In this document: positions 1 through 14,700 of the stretch, piece after piece
Layout of the letters: the number at the start of each line of letters is the position of its first letter
How positions within the stretch are numbered: position 1 is the stretch's first letter
Origin: Hydrolagus affinis
Taxonomy: Eukaryota
DNA length: 64,000 bases
Assembly: GCA_012026655.1 (NCBI GenBank)
Contig: JAAILG010001123.1
Location: 1-64,000 of the forward strand
Reading direction: 5' to 3'
The notes under the pieces: generated by a model
The model's input: only the letters and a program-made list of their open reading frames with translations
Told to the model about the DNA's origin: nothing
Database searches by the model: none
Made by a program: the position numbers and the translations under genes

Positions 1-300
1 CCCCCTCTTTTCCATTCCATCCCTGGAAGTATTCTTGTGAATTCACGCTGGAATCTTCCTCAAAATCGTATCCTTTTGGATTGTGGTCTGGCAAAGGAAT
101 CCAACAATACTGTACGATATCAAGCTCTTTGGCATAGGTTCACTCTTCACAGTATCCTGATAGGCCGAGAGCTGCCTGTGCGTCACAAGAGGTGATGAAG
201 CTGGGAACTATTGACTTTCTTGTTGATTCCGTGACCCCCAGAACTTTGGTGACAGCAAAGTACATCCAACAACATGAGACTGGATAGTCTGTGTTGAACT
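1..300 (-). mobile_element. Degenerate CR1-type LINE RT fragment
   Basis: The minus strand encodes QREFTRILPGME, resembling the CR1 ORF2 motif QRRFTRMIPG; frameshifted. Confidence 0.45.
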
Positions 301-1187
301 ATGCGGCCTTGTTTCTCTGCCAGGCTACATAATAAGCATGTCCCATATTTTCATTCTCTGGTATTGTCCAAAAAAATTCTAGCTAGCCTTTGAGTGTTTG
401 AGCTCAGTCCCTGAGCTCTGCTTGGGTCCATATACGAGCAGGCGTTCAAATTAAGGGGCTGTCATTTCAACAGCTTAACACAGATTATTCTTCAAGTGTC
501 GTTTCACGTGAAGTGTTTTGCTGTCAAGATTCATGAGCTCAAGAGCTGACAGCTCTCTGTCTGACAGCCCAGCTCAGGAACCTTCTAGTTTTGGGGTTGG
601 AGCATGATGATAACATGTGTTTCTTTCACGTAAAATAATAATGGTCTCCAAATGAATTTGCGGAGGTAAACACGGCAGCTAATCTGTCCCTGCAGCAAGT
701 CAAGTTGATTTGAGTTTATTTCTCGAACATTGTGTATCAGGACAGAGAGAGCAATCCTGCATTTACCATCTGCTCAGATACTGTACCCTTCCTTGGGACA
801 CTGCCAGACACTCATGTGACTGAGTGTGGGAAGCGTTGAGGTTCAGTGTGTAAAAATGTAGTGTGGGAATAGAGCAGTGTTTGGTTTATTGTGGGGATTG
901 GGGTGGGACCTGGCTCCAAGCCCTGGGAGAATGTATGGATCTCGGTCTGTTAAGGAGAAAGGAATGAGGGGGTCAGGGGCTGGAAGTGCAGCATTATTTG
1001 GGAATCGGGACTGGAGCGACTTTTAAAAGAGCCACAAAGTCTTCTGAAACGTTATAGAGCTGGGAAAGGGCCCCCTTCCCTGACCCAACACAATTATACA
1101 ACCGGAAATAACACTTTCCAATATCGTGAGCCAGCAAAGCACTCCCAGTGTGTCAAGGGAACATTGAAACTGATTATAATCCAGTTC

Positions 1188-1620
1188 TGTGTGTTTGTTG
1201 GCGTGTGTATGTGCGTGTGTGTGTTTATTGGAGTTGCTGTGTAGATGGGGTGGGAGGGACTGGTGTGTGTTATGTGTGTAGTGTATATGTGTATTGAGGT
1301 TGGTATGTATGTGTATTTGTGTGAGTGTGTATATTGGGGTTGTTGAGTGTTTGTGTGTGTATTGGGGTTGTTGTGTGTGTTTGTGTGTGCATTGTTGTTG
1401 TGTGAGTGTGTGTTTGTGTGAATGAGTGTGTATTGGGGTTGTTGTGTGTGTGTGTGTATTGGTGTTGTTGTGTGAGTGTGTGTGTTTGTGTGAATGAGTG
1501 TGTGTATTGGGGTTGTTGTGTGTGTGTTTGTGTGTGTATTGGTGTTGTTGTGTGAGTGTGTATTGGAGTTGTGTGTGTGTATATTGGGGTTGTTGTGTGA
1601 GTGTGTTTGTGTGTATTTGT
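1188..1620. repeat. Degenerate (TG)n-based minisatellite (units like gtgtgtattggggttgtt)
   Basis: Directly visible; produces the spurious His/Thr-rich ORFs 1023-1859 and 1270-1641. Confidence 0.9.
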
Positions 1621-2710
1621 GGCGGGGGAATGTTTGTACAATTCTGACTGTGATTCAGTGCCTGACGTATCTGTTCAGACACTAGCACAGCTGACCCCTG
1701 GCTACTGCGACTGACAGGCTCATTCTGCACTTTTATGTCCAAAGCAAAACTGCTGAAGTCCGGCAGAGACAGGCAGGCGGGTGGTGGGAGTAGACATTTC
1801 TTCTGTGAAGTTCTGTGAGGAACATTTAGAAGACGTGAAAAGCGCTGTATCAAACACAAGGATTATTACTAGTATTATTATTAAATACTTGGGCTCCAAA
1901 ATTCTGCTTCTATTTCATACAAGGAAATATTGACCCTAGGAGAATTCCAACTGATGCTTTTTTAGATGGTAATCTCCTCCCCACCATTTCTCCATTCCAA
2001 CATCAAGCTACTTCTTAAATGTGCTCATCATCCTGCCCTCAGCCATGCTTCCTGGTAATCTTTTCCAGGTGTTAAATACCAAGGAATACTTTCTGGGATG
2101 GGTCCTGAAATTTCCCTCCTCCATTCGACCTAGGAAATTCTGGAACTGGTACCAGTGACCAAACCTGTGAATAAATGCAAGTTTACAGCATACGCTGTGA
2201 CCTGTCTGCACCCTAGTATCGACTTATTATATATTGCTCCAATCTGTGGATTCATAGAATCAAATGGATTATTGTACAACAGGAGGCTATTCAACCCATC
2301 GAGCTCACACTGAATTTAGCTCCTTCACTGAAGTTCTTTTTGTATTCTTCCATGTCAAATATTGATCCAACTTGGGCTGTGTGGGAGGTGAGGTCACTGT
2401 GGTCTGTGGTCCCCACAACATGTATAGGGAGAGGCTCTTTGTTGTGTGTATGTGGGGGGAGTGTCTGGTGGGGTGGGATATCTTTGGGAGATATTATCCC
2501 AAATCCCCCCCTTTCCCTTCACCCGCCCCCATCCCCGACCCCAGCTCACATCTGAAACAATGACTGTCCAGGGCCTTGGGACATCCTCCTGACGTGAAAG
2601 GTGCTGTACAAGTGTAATTTGGGTTGTTGTGTGTGTGTGTGTGTGTATGTGTTTGGGATGCTTCACTGCGTGAGCCTAGCTGATCTTATCTGTTCCTGAT
2701 GTCTTCCCAG

Positions 2711-5700
2711 GGTGATCATGCCACTGTACGATGCTGACACTGGGCTACTGATTCTGAGTGGAAAGGTAAGTCGTGGTGTGAAAAGCAATTACAGCACAAA
2801 AGAAGATCAACCACCCATCAGATGTGATGCTTCAGTGCTTTTCTGCCCTGCGCCTGATCTTGCAACACACCCATTGCAATATTTATCCAATTCCTTTTCG
2901 AATCTTGATGTGGTCTCGGGCTTCAAAAGCCGCTTGTGCAAAAAAATTCCATGATCTAGCAACTCTCCGTGTGAAAACGTTTCTTCTAATCTCCCCCTTA
3001 CCTCTTTAAGTGCTAATACATACTGAGCTAATGCAATTGATTTTTTGCCACAATTTGCCACCAGCGGGACTAACCTTGTGATTTACAGCGTGCCGTGGAC
3101 AAAATCAGGCGCCAGGGAATCAATATGTGGAATGGGTCACTCGGAAGAGTCACTTGAGGCATAGATACTTATCCTGTCAGAATAACCACCCAACCAGTTT
3201 TCCATTCCAAACATCGATCTACTTCTTAAATGTGCCCAGGCATCCTGGCCTCAGCTACCCTTCCTGGTAACCTCTTCCAGTTGTTAATTACCCTCCAATT
3301 GCTATGATGAGATGAAGTATGTGTGTGGCTGTGTATTCTGGAAGGATAAGATTAAAATGGGTCAAAGGGTTTTCTTCACTCTCCAACCACTCCCGATGAT
3401 CCAGTTTCTAACGCTTTGTTCTCCCCCCCCATCCACACTCAGGGTGATAGCTTCCTTCACTGTTATGAGGTGGCTCCTGCACAGGCTGCCATTACCCACG
3501 GTAAGAATTGAGACTCAATATGGCAACTCCTGAATCTAGACGCAATCGCACTGTCGGCTGTAATGTCCAAACGTGACATCAATAATATCAATCGGTAATT
3601 GCATTTATATAGCGCCTTTCACGTCGGGGGGACGTCCCAAGGCGCTGAACAGTCAGGTAGGGATCAGAGCGGGGTGGAGGGGTCGGGGGAAGGAGAGTAG
3701 GAAAATTGACTGTATATTTGTGGGCGAAACGCGGCAGCCAAATTGCGCACAGCAGTGTCCCACAAACAGTCATGGAAATGGGGTTAGGGAAGAAAGGGGG
3801 TTAAGATGGCAAGGGGAGGGGTCGGGGTAGGGGGGAGGAGAGCAGGAAAACCGACTGTATATTTGTGGGCATTGAGGACATTGAATAGAAGTCCAGTTAT
3901 CTGTTCAGGTGGACATTTTAAAAGTGACGAGACACTATTGGCAAAAGAAGGTACAGTGTTGACCAGTGATTCAGTGATTCAGTTTAGATTCATCAGTCTT
4001 TCACTTCTTGGTTGTTTGCGGGGACTTCGAAAACAGTCACCACACTTGACGGTAATTACTTGTGAAGCACTTTGAGACGTTTAAAGGTTTATAATAGTGC
4101 AACTTCTTGCCTCGTCCGTGCACAATGCCACACCCCGTGCAAGACTGAAACCAAGTTTGTTGTATTTGTGGGAAATCATCTTTAAAATTAGTACTGACTG
4201 GCATAAGTCATAATACCGACATCAACAGAGTGACCAGCTGCTCAGTGGGGGGACACCAAGTGGGGGACACACACAGTGGAGTACAGGATCACTGGCAGCT
4301 TGAGCGTTTACAGCTGATGGTGACTTTGTGATTTTGGCAGTGAGTCAGTGCCTGATGGAGACCAAATCCAGGGGATCTGCTCTGGTGCCCAAACTCGCCC
4401 TGGATGTGATGGCGTGTGAGGTCCTTCGCGTGCTGCACCTCACAGAGACTAGCATCGTCCCAGTCACTTACACTGTACCCCGCAAGGTAACCGGAGACCT
4501 GCCTAGGTCTCTTATGTATGTGTGTGTGTGTCTGTTTAATTGTACTGATGTCCCTCCCTCCCTGTGGCTCTATCCTTGTTTGTTTGTTTCTCTCTCTCTG
4601 TATACGCCGCTTCCATTTCTCAATGCTGGTGTATCCGAATTGTTCAACTCTTTTCACGATAGGAGCGGAAATTTCTTGTTCACCATCAATCCAGCATTAA
4701 AAATGCCCCGGTCCCCTTGCTCACTGACACACACACACACACATCACACTTGTTGGATCGTGCTCACTGACGCGTGCGACACCTGTACCCAGTTCACTGA
4801 CACACACACACACACACTGCATCACGATTAGCGAACGACCCCAGAAGTTATGCTTTTGTGCTGTGTTTTTGTATCCAAGTCTCAGAAGGAATTCCATGAG
4901 GATTTATTCCCTGATACAGTTGGTGCCGTTCCTGCCATGGCTGCCCAGGATTGGTGGAGTGGATCTAACAAGGAGGTGAGGTTGAAATCAGCATCCATAA
5001 CTGTGTGTTGTGAGTATGAGAGACTGTGTGTGTATGTGTGTATTGTGACTCTGTGTGTATTGTGACTGTGTGTACTGTAACTCTGTGTGTGTGTGTGTGT
5101 GACTGTGCGTGACTCTGTGTGTGAGACTATGTGTGTCACTATGTGTGTGAGAGACTGTGTGGTGTGTGTGTGTGTCTGGGCGTGCATGCGCAAGTGTGTA
5201 CTGTATCTGTATGTGTGATTGTGTGTGGATGTGATTGCTTGAGACTGTGTGTCTGAGAGACTGTGTGTGACTGTGTGAGTCTGTGTATGTGTGTGTGTGT
5301 GCACTCTCAGCCTTGAGACGTACAAGCTGCTATTTCCCTCAGGTGCCGAAAGTGTGTTTAAACCCAGGAAAACGCACAAATCAAAGTTTCAGCTCGATCG
5401 CTGTCCCCGGCTCCAGGGGGACACCAGAGGAGACTGCACGACCTGTTGTAGGAGAACCAGGGCCCAAAGAGCAGCCGGTAAGAACTTCAATCACCGGTAA
5501 CATTATACAACTCTAATAGATGAAGTCCCCTCTACACAGTCCCAGGTCAGCTACAATAGGAGCCACTAGAGAGCTTTTGGGTGTATTAAAGTGCCAGGGT
5601 TGTCCCAGTGATTAACATCTGAAGTTAGCTGTGGAGAATTTCTGCCGGGGTTAAATGTCTGGCTTTTTAGCAATGTCAGCTTCCATCCCAAATGTCTGCA

Positions 5701-8700
5701 CCACTGACAGATGTCAGACCATCTGGGGAATCACAGCACAAACAGTCTCTTGGGTGACACCGAGACCAGTTTGTGACAGAGTCTGGCTAAGAAACGTAGC
5801 ACTTTCCCTCAATGTCTACAATAATAATAATACTTGCATTTGATATAGCACCTTTCACATCTTCTAGACGTCTCAAAGCGCTTCACAGAATATACTGTAA
5901 AGTGAATTGACTGTATATTTATGGGCGAAATGGTCGTCTCATCTGATCCTCAAAATTCAACCTCAGTTTGTGAGTCCCTCGTGGAGACTTTTCAGCCAAA
6001 TTTCTAACACGTAATTCTTGTTGGAACTCTGCGTTGAACGTTTACATCACTTTGTGTTCCCAAGGCATATCATATACTCACTGCTACTCCGTCGCCTTTC
6101 AGCTACAGAGCGGGCAATCACCATCCTCAAGCCCCTTGACCTCGCCATCCATGAGCTCGCCATCCATGACTTCTCTGAGCAGCACCAGTGGAAAGTCGAG
6201 TGGCTTCGTAACCAGCCCGCAGAGCCAGAAATCCCAGCTCAGCCTTTTTGGTAAGTTAGAGAGTAACGGGTTGCACGCCGACAGCATTGGAAGCCATTCA
6301 CTGTCCTGTGTGTGGCTAGCTGCTTGATGGAGCGTTAGCCCAAGGTAATTGATCTGAATGAAGTAGGAGATAGCCAGTTCAATATTGTACAGAGTAACTC
6401 ATTGTAGATGCTTAACTTTGGTGTCACCTCACTGTGTATACATGGGAACTCATTGGGCTAGGGGTACAGTACATTGTAGTGAGCGTGTGTGTGTGTGTGT
6501 GTGTGAGAGAGTGAATATTTAGCATTAGATGCATTGTCTTTATCAGGGTTATCCAAGGCTGGGATCAGGTTGTTGCTGGGTACAGGAGCCACGCAGAGAG
6601 GTTGAGTGTGAGCATCGAATGACCATATTTGTGACTATTGATCCTCAGGCTCCAACTCCAAGTTCCGACACATGCAGGGGATAGTCAGCCATCGGGACAC
6701 TCACATCACCAACCTGAAGGGGCTGAACCTGACCACCCCTGGGGAGAGTGATGGCTTCTGTGTCAATCGGGAGAGGATTGCAGTGCCATTGTCCATATCA
6801 GGAGGGCAGATCGCTGTCCTGGAGGTAAGCGTAAGGCGGACGCCAGGAAGTATTTCTTTACGCCTAGGGGGAAATCCACAGCTGGGAGTGGGTTACCAGG
6901 AACGGTGTTTGAAGCCGGGATACAGGGATTCTATCAGAAGCAATTTGATGCTGTAATGAGAAGGTAGAGGGCCCCCTCCTGAACCTGCTCTTTTTGAACT
7001 TTAAGAACATAAGAAATGCTAGACGAAGAAAGACCAAGTTCTATCTGGTTTGCCTTCCACTTTCCTGGCGGTCGTTTCCTTACTCCACACGCCTAATAAT
7101 AATCCCTCAAAACAAATAATAATTGGTTACTTCAATCCATGACTGTTTGCGGGAGACTGCTGTGCGCAATTGACTGCCGTGTTGCCCACATATACAAGGT
7201 CAATTAATTTCACAGTGTATTCTGTGAAGCGCTTTGAGACGTCTAGAAGACATTAAAAGTGCTCTATTGATTGCAAGTATTATTATTATTATTAAACTGT
7301 GTCAGGATTCTCCTACTATTTCGGCTCGCTCTTGATCTTTTGATCAGCAGGAAACCTCGACGTCTCTTGTTGGTCGCATTATTGGAAGACGTGAAAAGCG
7401 CTATATCAAATGCAAGGATTATTATTAGTGCTATTTTTATTATTATTGCCCCAGCACCTCGCGATATTCTCCCGACTATACAAATGTAATTTGTAGTTAT
7501 TGTTGTTGTTGATTCATATGCAGTTTCTACATGAGGCTTGTTTAATGCTTGTGTCCCCCTACAGCTCTCCAAGTGTGGCCGATTGCCGGACGGCTCCATA
7601 CCTACCATCCAGAACACAGCGTCCGTGGTGGACCTGAGCTGGGATCCCTTTGATTGCTCCCGCCTCGCTGTTGGTACTGTCTGCCCTCTTTGCTAAACAC
7701 TTATGACGTTGTTCAAGGCCTAAGAACTCCCATTGCCCAGGGAACAGTGTCTTGGAGGGTAGGGCGGTGGAGGAGGGGGGAATCACATGTATAAAATTGG
7801 CTTTACTGTTAGAATCACTCCGCTTGCTTCCTTAGCTTTCCCTTCTCGTCTCTCGCTGACATGAATCGTTTGCTATTCTCCAACATCACTCAGACTATCC
7901 AACCAGTCCCATCATTTCATTACATTATCGAACATACTTTAATCCCGCTCCCCTGACTGTACTCCATACTTTAAGACTGTACTTTAACACACTTGCTTTC
8001 CAAGTTCAGTATCTACCTGTTTCCATTTTGAACATTTCAATTAATTCTGCCTCAATGGCTCTCTAAGTCAGTATATTTCATAATTCCCTGTGTGATAAAA
8101 TGCTTTCAGATTTTCTAACTACCCTAGCTCTAATTTTAAGATCACTTCATGGATTCCTCAACCCTCAACCAGAGGAAAGAGTTGGTTACTATCCACTTTA
8201 TCAATTGGCTTCATTCGCTAATCTCTTTATCTCCAAGGAAGATTACGCAGATTTGTGTTGTATCAAATGCAAGGTTTAGGATTATATATTTCGCTTCTCA
8301 TTACCGAAGAGTAAACTTCTTCATCCCAGGTATTAATCTAGTGATCTTCACTGGACTAGTATGAAGACTGGATGCCCCAAATCGAACACAATAATACAAT
8401 ACCCTAGATGCCGTGTATCTGACACCCTATATAACTAGAGTAGCACGTCCTTGCTTTTACATTCCAAATGCCTTTGTTTTAAAGCCCATCAGTCCACCCA
8501 CCTGCTTCTCTGCTAGATCTTTACTTGCATTCCCTGAACTGCTGTCACTCAGCCTTGTTCTCAGTGTTACTTCACGATGTCTTATCCCTTCCAGCTCGTC
8601 CGTCTCTTCCTTCTCTCACTCCTTGGACATCGGTTTTCTGATGCATCTTTCCTTGTCCTCAATACCCTAACTGTTTCCCAGTGCCAGGCTGTGGACGGAC

Positions 8701-11700
8701 TGACTGCCTCGGCTCTTCCCTCCCTCTCTGGCTCTCATTTCCTCCCCAAAGGTGATTTAGCGCATGTTTTGATCATTCCCTATGTAGTAAGCTAAAAGCT
8801 ACTCACAGTCTGCGCAGGCAATTGTGTGTGCGTGCGTGAGTGGTTGTCCCACCTCAAACCAGAGTAATGCAGGCCTGTAAATTCCTCTGCCTTTCCTTCC
8901 CTCCCTCCCTGCATCTCACTCTCATTCTCGTGGATCTTGCTTTCAGCGCTCAGGGCCTGCTAACTCCTGTACTGCAGAAAGTGACTCTCAGCTCGCTCGC
9001 TAACCAGCTTGCTCAGTAACCAGCATCCTAGGTTAACCTCAGGTACATCGTGCTCTGATTGTCTCTGTGGAGGTATTTCCTTGGGATCCGTTAGTTCCGA
9101 CACCCGTTAGCACCCGATCAGCTGGGTATTTGCAGAGTGTGTGACTGTATTTGTCTAATTGATTACAGCCGGGGAAGATGCAAAGATCCGGGTCTGGAGA
9201 ATTCCTGCCGGAGGATTGACTGAGGTCATCTCACAGCCTGAGACAGTGCTACCTGGTGAGTGAGTGAGAGGCGCAGAGTCTCTCCAATGAATTAAGGCTA
9301 CAGAGTGTTAATAATAATCATCTTTGCATTTGATATAACACCCTTCACACCTTGGGACATCCTACCAACATGAAAGTTGCTCTATACGTGTAATTTTCTT
9401 GTTGCTGTTGTTCACATCTTCTAGACGTCTCAAAGCACGTCACAGAATATACTGTAAAGTGAATTGATGACATGTATGTGGGCGAAACGCGGCAACCAAT
9501 TGCACACAGCAGTGTCCCACAAACAGTCATGGATTGAGTGACCAAATTATTATTAGGTTTTTTTCTTGAGGGATTATTAGGAGTGTGGAGTAAAGAAACT
9601 TGCTCAATTGAACCCAGGTCTCTTGCTTGCAAGGCAAGTGCTCTAACCACTGAGCTACAGGACTCTATAGTGAGTTGCTCAGTGGTTGAGGTACAGAGTG
9701 CTACCCAATGACTGAGGTACATAGTCCACCCCCCCACCAATAAAACAACAGAACAGTCTCGAAGCCTCATCTCTTTATGTGTGCACACATCATGGAACTA
9801 TCTGGCTTTGCCTCAAACTTAATTCCATCCCACGGTGTCTCGGCCAAGGTTTCAATCCAGTCACTACCGATCCCAAATCTGTCTGAGCTCTCCCAAAAAA
9901 GTAGTGGTTTACTATTACTCAGCCCATGCCAGACATTGTGTTGTTGGGCAGCTTCAGCCACACAGCAGGTATATCAGGACTTCAGCTCACAGTCCACACT
10001 GACAGCAACTGTACGAGGGGGAGCGCGCCATTGATGAAAATGTGTGTCATTCAGATGAAACATTAAAATTGAAGTTAGCTCTGGCTGTTAGTTAGGTGGA
10101 TACAATCCACAATACTAGATTACATTTGCATAGTGCCTTTCGCATCGGAAAGGCACTGGATAGTCAAGGATTTAGACCCGAGCGGGGTGGGGGGGTTTGG
10201 GGTAAGGGAGGGTGAAAAGCAGGTCGTCAAAGAGTTTCTTGAGACGTGCCTTGAAGGAGGCAAGGGAGGGAACGAGGCGATGGGATTGTGGGATGGAGTT
10301 CCAAAGGGTGGGATGCTAAGATGCCATGACACTCTTGGAAACAAGCAAGCAATTTTCTTTGGAGTCTGACCAACAATTCAGAATAATTAGTCATTCACTC
10401 CATGGTGGGATTTTGCCGTGCACAATTTGCTGCTGCGTTAGTCTATACAAAAACATCCATACGCTCAACATCAAATGTCTACCTGTGAGGTACCTTCAGT
10501 CATTTAGACATGATAATAAGACTGTATGAAATGTAAATCCTTTCTTGGTATACCTGGTACAGTATAATGATGTGAATTTAAAAAAAACATTTGTGATCCA
10601 TTAGTACTGGCAGGCGAGGCTCCTTTTATTATGAATAACACGTCTGTGAACATGGGAGCAATGCCCATTTTCCAGCCTGGAACAACTATGTTCTATGCTC
10701 CCAAAATCTTAACACTTGGTCACAGCGACAGAGGAAGAGAGGGTCAGGAAAAGAAGTCCACACCCGACATGAACACAAACACATCCCCAGGAGAAATCAC
10801 TGTACGGTGATCAAGTCTAGCTTTTCACCAGACGGATGTCTGACACATGCAAAAACCCATCACCATCCTTAAGTCTCCAAGCAGAACTTACTGAGAGCTA
10901 TGTCTGATATAGTCTACACACTCTCTCTCTCTCTCGCTCTCTCACGAGGCCCCTCCCTATTTAACGAATCCAGGAGACTTTAGCTATAGCAAGAGAGTTT
11001 AGGTACAAGCCTGGGGACCTCCCGAGTGTTCATTTAGGATAACGCTGGAGTTTAAACAACCAAAACTATGCAACTTGTCATTGTGAACACTGCCAAGCCT
11101 CCATTGTTTGTCCAATATCTCCTAACCTGTCAGTTATTCTCTGGAAACACTCGCTCAGCCATGAGCCAAGGGAGTGTTGTGGGGGTGGGGGGATTGTGGG
11201 TGGGGGAGGTGAGGAGTGGGAGAAGGAGCTCAAAAACAAGGCTTTTTTTTAAGCTATAGGTGAAGATGGCAGTGAGGGCTTTGAAGTGACAATTGCAGTT
11301 GAATGATCAGGATAGGATAGATGTGTTTGAATAGATTATACTAAGCGACCAAAGCGAGACTACAGTCACGTTAGCCCAGCTATAGCTGCACTCGCAAAGC
11401 TGGAGCTGGTAAAGTGTAGCGTGTTTAATCAAGAATGTTGCAATTCAGTCTGTCAAAACCTTCCCTTGTTTAACGGCCTATCAGCTATTCTCATAAACAG
11501 ACACGGCACCCATCCCATATGGTGTCGAGCAGCAAACTCCCCTTTAGTTAGGAAACAGTCACCGAGAGCATTGAACTCAGGATTGTTAGCAGCAAAACTC
11601 GAGGGAGGATTTTAGATGGAATTTCTTCACTCCCGAGGTTGTTAGGCTGAGGAATCCATGACAAGTGATACTTGAGCCTGGATCAACCAAACTTTTTCCA

Positions 11701-14700
11701 AAGGAAACTGAATCAGCAAACAAAATTAGGGGAGTTGGAAAGCGGGATTGCTAAATAAAAAGGTGGTTTAGGAAAACAGATAGAAGTGGTGCCAGGCCAG
11801 AAGATTATTGCTATATTTGTATTTCCAGCATTCTCCCTTTTCATATTGCGTCCCTGAGGACCGACAACGTGCATTTATACAGCACCTTTCATGTTAAAAT
11901 GTCTCAAAGCAGTTGAGAAATGGAGTGGCAGAGATATCTGCAGAGATATCTGTGGTTTAAAATGATTTACCAAGGGTAAGGTCAAAGAGATGTGATTTTC
12001 GGAGACTGGAGACAGTGGTAGAGGTACTGAAGGCAACGTGGACTTGAAAGCGAGAGAGGGCAGGACTAGGGTGGGTAAGGGCTGTGCTCCACCATCAGCA
12101 GCCACGCTATCAGCCACTACACCCTCTCTGCAACAATCCTTACCTTGTGCCCACAAGGATAAATTAGTCATTTCAATCCACGACTGTTTGTGGGACGCTG
12201 CTGTGCGCAATTGGCTGCCGCATTTCGCCCACAAATATACAGTCAATTCACTTTATATTCTGTGAAGCGCTTTGAGATGTCTAGAAGACGTGAAAAGCGC
12301 TACATCAAAAATGCAAGGATTTTTGCCCATCTTCAGATCACACCTGAAGATCTTCCTTTTCAACCGGACGCTTATGCTGCCCATCCCCCAGCTCGGTATC
12401 AAGCTCTGCCACTGTTCAGTTCTCCGAGGCTCTCCCCCGCGTGAAGGACGCTGTATAGACAGATGCAAGTTATTGTTCTAGACAATGCTGAGGACAGTCT
12501 GATGGTTTGTTAGTATTGCGGTCAGGCACCCACTGTGGGATGCAAAGGGTGCGGTGAATCGTGTATGTTGCGATGATATCCCTGAGGGCAGCCCACTGTA
12601 CATCACTTTGTACTGAGATGCCATTCCTTCTCGTCGTTCCCTTCCAGGGCACCCGGACAAAATCTACTCCATCAAATTTCATCCATTGGCGTCCGACATC
12701 CTGGCCTCGTCCTCGCACGACATGACTGTGAAGATCTGGAATCTCAACACGGGCAAAATGGCCATCGAGTTGAAGGGACACACGGACCAGGTAAAGAGAG
12801 ATCTGCATCCGCATTAAAAAAAAATATCTACTTCAGCATCGGTTGTCTTTTATAGCACTGAAACACGCTCGCTCCCCCATTGGATCTACCACCAAAAATG
12901 TAGTTAATCCAGTTTACGGTATATTCTGTGAGGTCTTGGAGAGGTCTCAATGACGTGAGAATGCGCTATATCAAATGCACGGATTATTATTATTATTATT
13001 AGTATTACTTCCTCAATTTCCTCTCCACTTCTCTTTCCCCCCCGGTATGTGCCTTGGGACATCCTCCTGACGTAAACAGTGCTATCTATACAAGTGTAAT
13101 TTTGTTGTATGTGTCTGTCCTGTTAGCTCCCCAGTTGTTAGCTCCCCAGTTGGAGCTATCTTGTCTGATCCTGTCTTGACGCTCTGTTCTCTTCTGTTCC
13201 AGATCTTTAGCTTGTGCTGGAGCCCGAACGGGCAGTTCCTCGCCACTGTCTGCAGAGACGGCAAAGTTCGGATTTATGATCCTCGCCAATCAGGGAACTC
13301 TGTACAGGTAACACTGTGTCCTGTGTGTGTTGTGTGTATGTGTGTGTACGCATTGTGCAGGTATGTGAGCATGGAGCTCGTGTAGCTCAGTGGTTAGAGC
13401 GCTCGCCTTGCAAACGTGAGACCTGTGTTCGAATCCAGGCTGGTCAGGGCGAAACCTTGGGCAAGTTTCCTTACTCCACACGCCTAATAGTAATAACAAA
13501 TAATAATATTTACTATTATTACAATAATAAAAATATTGGTCATTTCAATCCACGACTGTTTGTGGGGACACTGCTGTGCGCAATTGGCTGCCGCATTTCG
13601 CCCACAAATATACAGTCAATTCACTTTACAATATATTCTGTGAAGCGCTTTGAGACATTGATAAGATGTGAAAAGCGCTATATCAAATGCAAGGATTATT
13701 ATTGTTGTATGCTTGTGAGAATATGTGTATGTGTGTGTGTCGAGATGAGGGCTTATGTGTGGGCTTATGAGCGAATGCATGTGAGTTTGCGTGAATTTCA
13801 TCAGCTACCTGTTCTGTTTTGAGTTGATCTCTTCTCTCATTTGTTCTCTGTGTGGGTAGCAGTACACACACTACTCCTTGTGCTGCAGGGCATTGGCTGA
13901 CTGGCACCAACACTTAACACTAACACCTCCCATTGTTGTTTTAGGAGGGAGTGGGACCTGAGAGGAATCGCGGTGCCCGGATCCTGTGGGTGTGCGGCGG
14001 CCAATACCTACTGGTCTCTGGTTTCAACAGGTAAACCTGGGGGAGTGAGGCTAGAGGGCTCGGGGTGAGGCCAGGGATATAAGCCCTGTAGCTCAGTGGT
14101 TAGAGCGCTCGCCTTGCAAATGAGAGATCTGAGTTTGATTCCAGGCAGGGCGAAACCTTGGGCAAGTTTCCTTACTCCACACGCCTGATAATAATCCCTC
14201 AAAAAAAACAATAATAAATTGGTTATTTTTCAATCCATGACTGTTTGTGGGACACTGCTGTGCGCAATTGGCTGCTGTGTTTCTCCCACAAAAAAAAGTA
14301 AATTCACTTTACAGTATATTGTGTGTATACAATACATTTCGCGTCTTCTAGACGTCTCAAAGCGCTATATCAAATGCAAAGATAATTATTATTATAAGGG
14401 GTCGACAGGCACCCTTGCTGAGGCAGTTGGGGCGCAGGAAAGTGGGAGGGTATTTTATTGAGGTTGGAATATGGGGCAAAGGGGTGGCAGAGAATTACCA
14501 GATCTAAAATGCCTGGAGAGTGGGGAGGCAGTGGCCACATTCACACTGTTAATCAGAGGAATAATAATAATGCTAATAAAAATAATGCTTGCATTTGATA
14601 AGGAGCTTTTCACATCTTCTAGACGTCTCAAAGCGCTTCACAGAATATACTGTAAAGTGAATTGACTGTATATTTTGTGGGTGAAACACGGCAGCCAATT

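Noticed and set aside
1023-1859. 278-aa His/Thr-rich minus-strand ORF
   Set aside because: Translation of a (CA)n-based minisatellite; no coding signature.
13373-13445. tRNA gene (A and B boxes present)
   Set aside because: It is the head of a multi-copy SINE, with no acceptor-stem closure or poly-T terminator, and it continues into the SINE body.
14219-14461. Recurrent short ORFs reading [12 protein letters not shown] or [11 protein letters not shown]
   Set aside because: These are translations of SINE copies, not a protein family.
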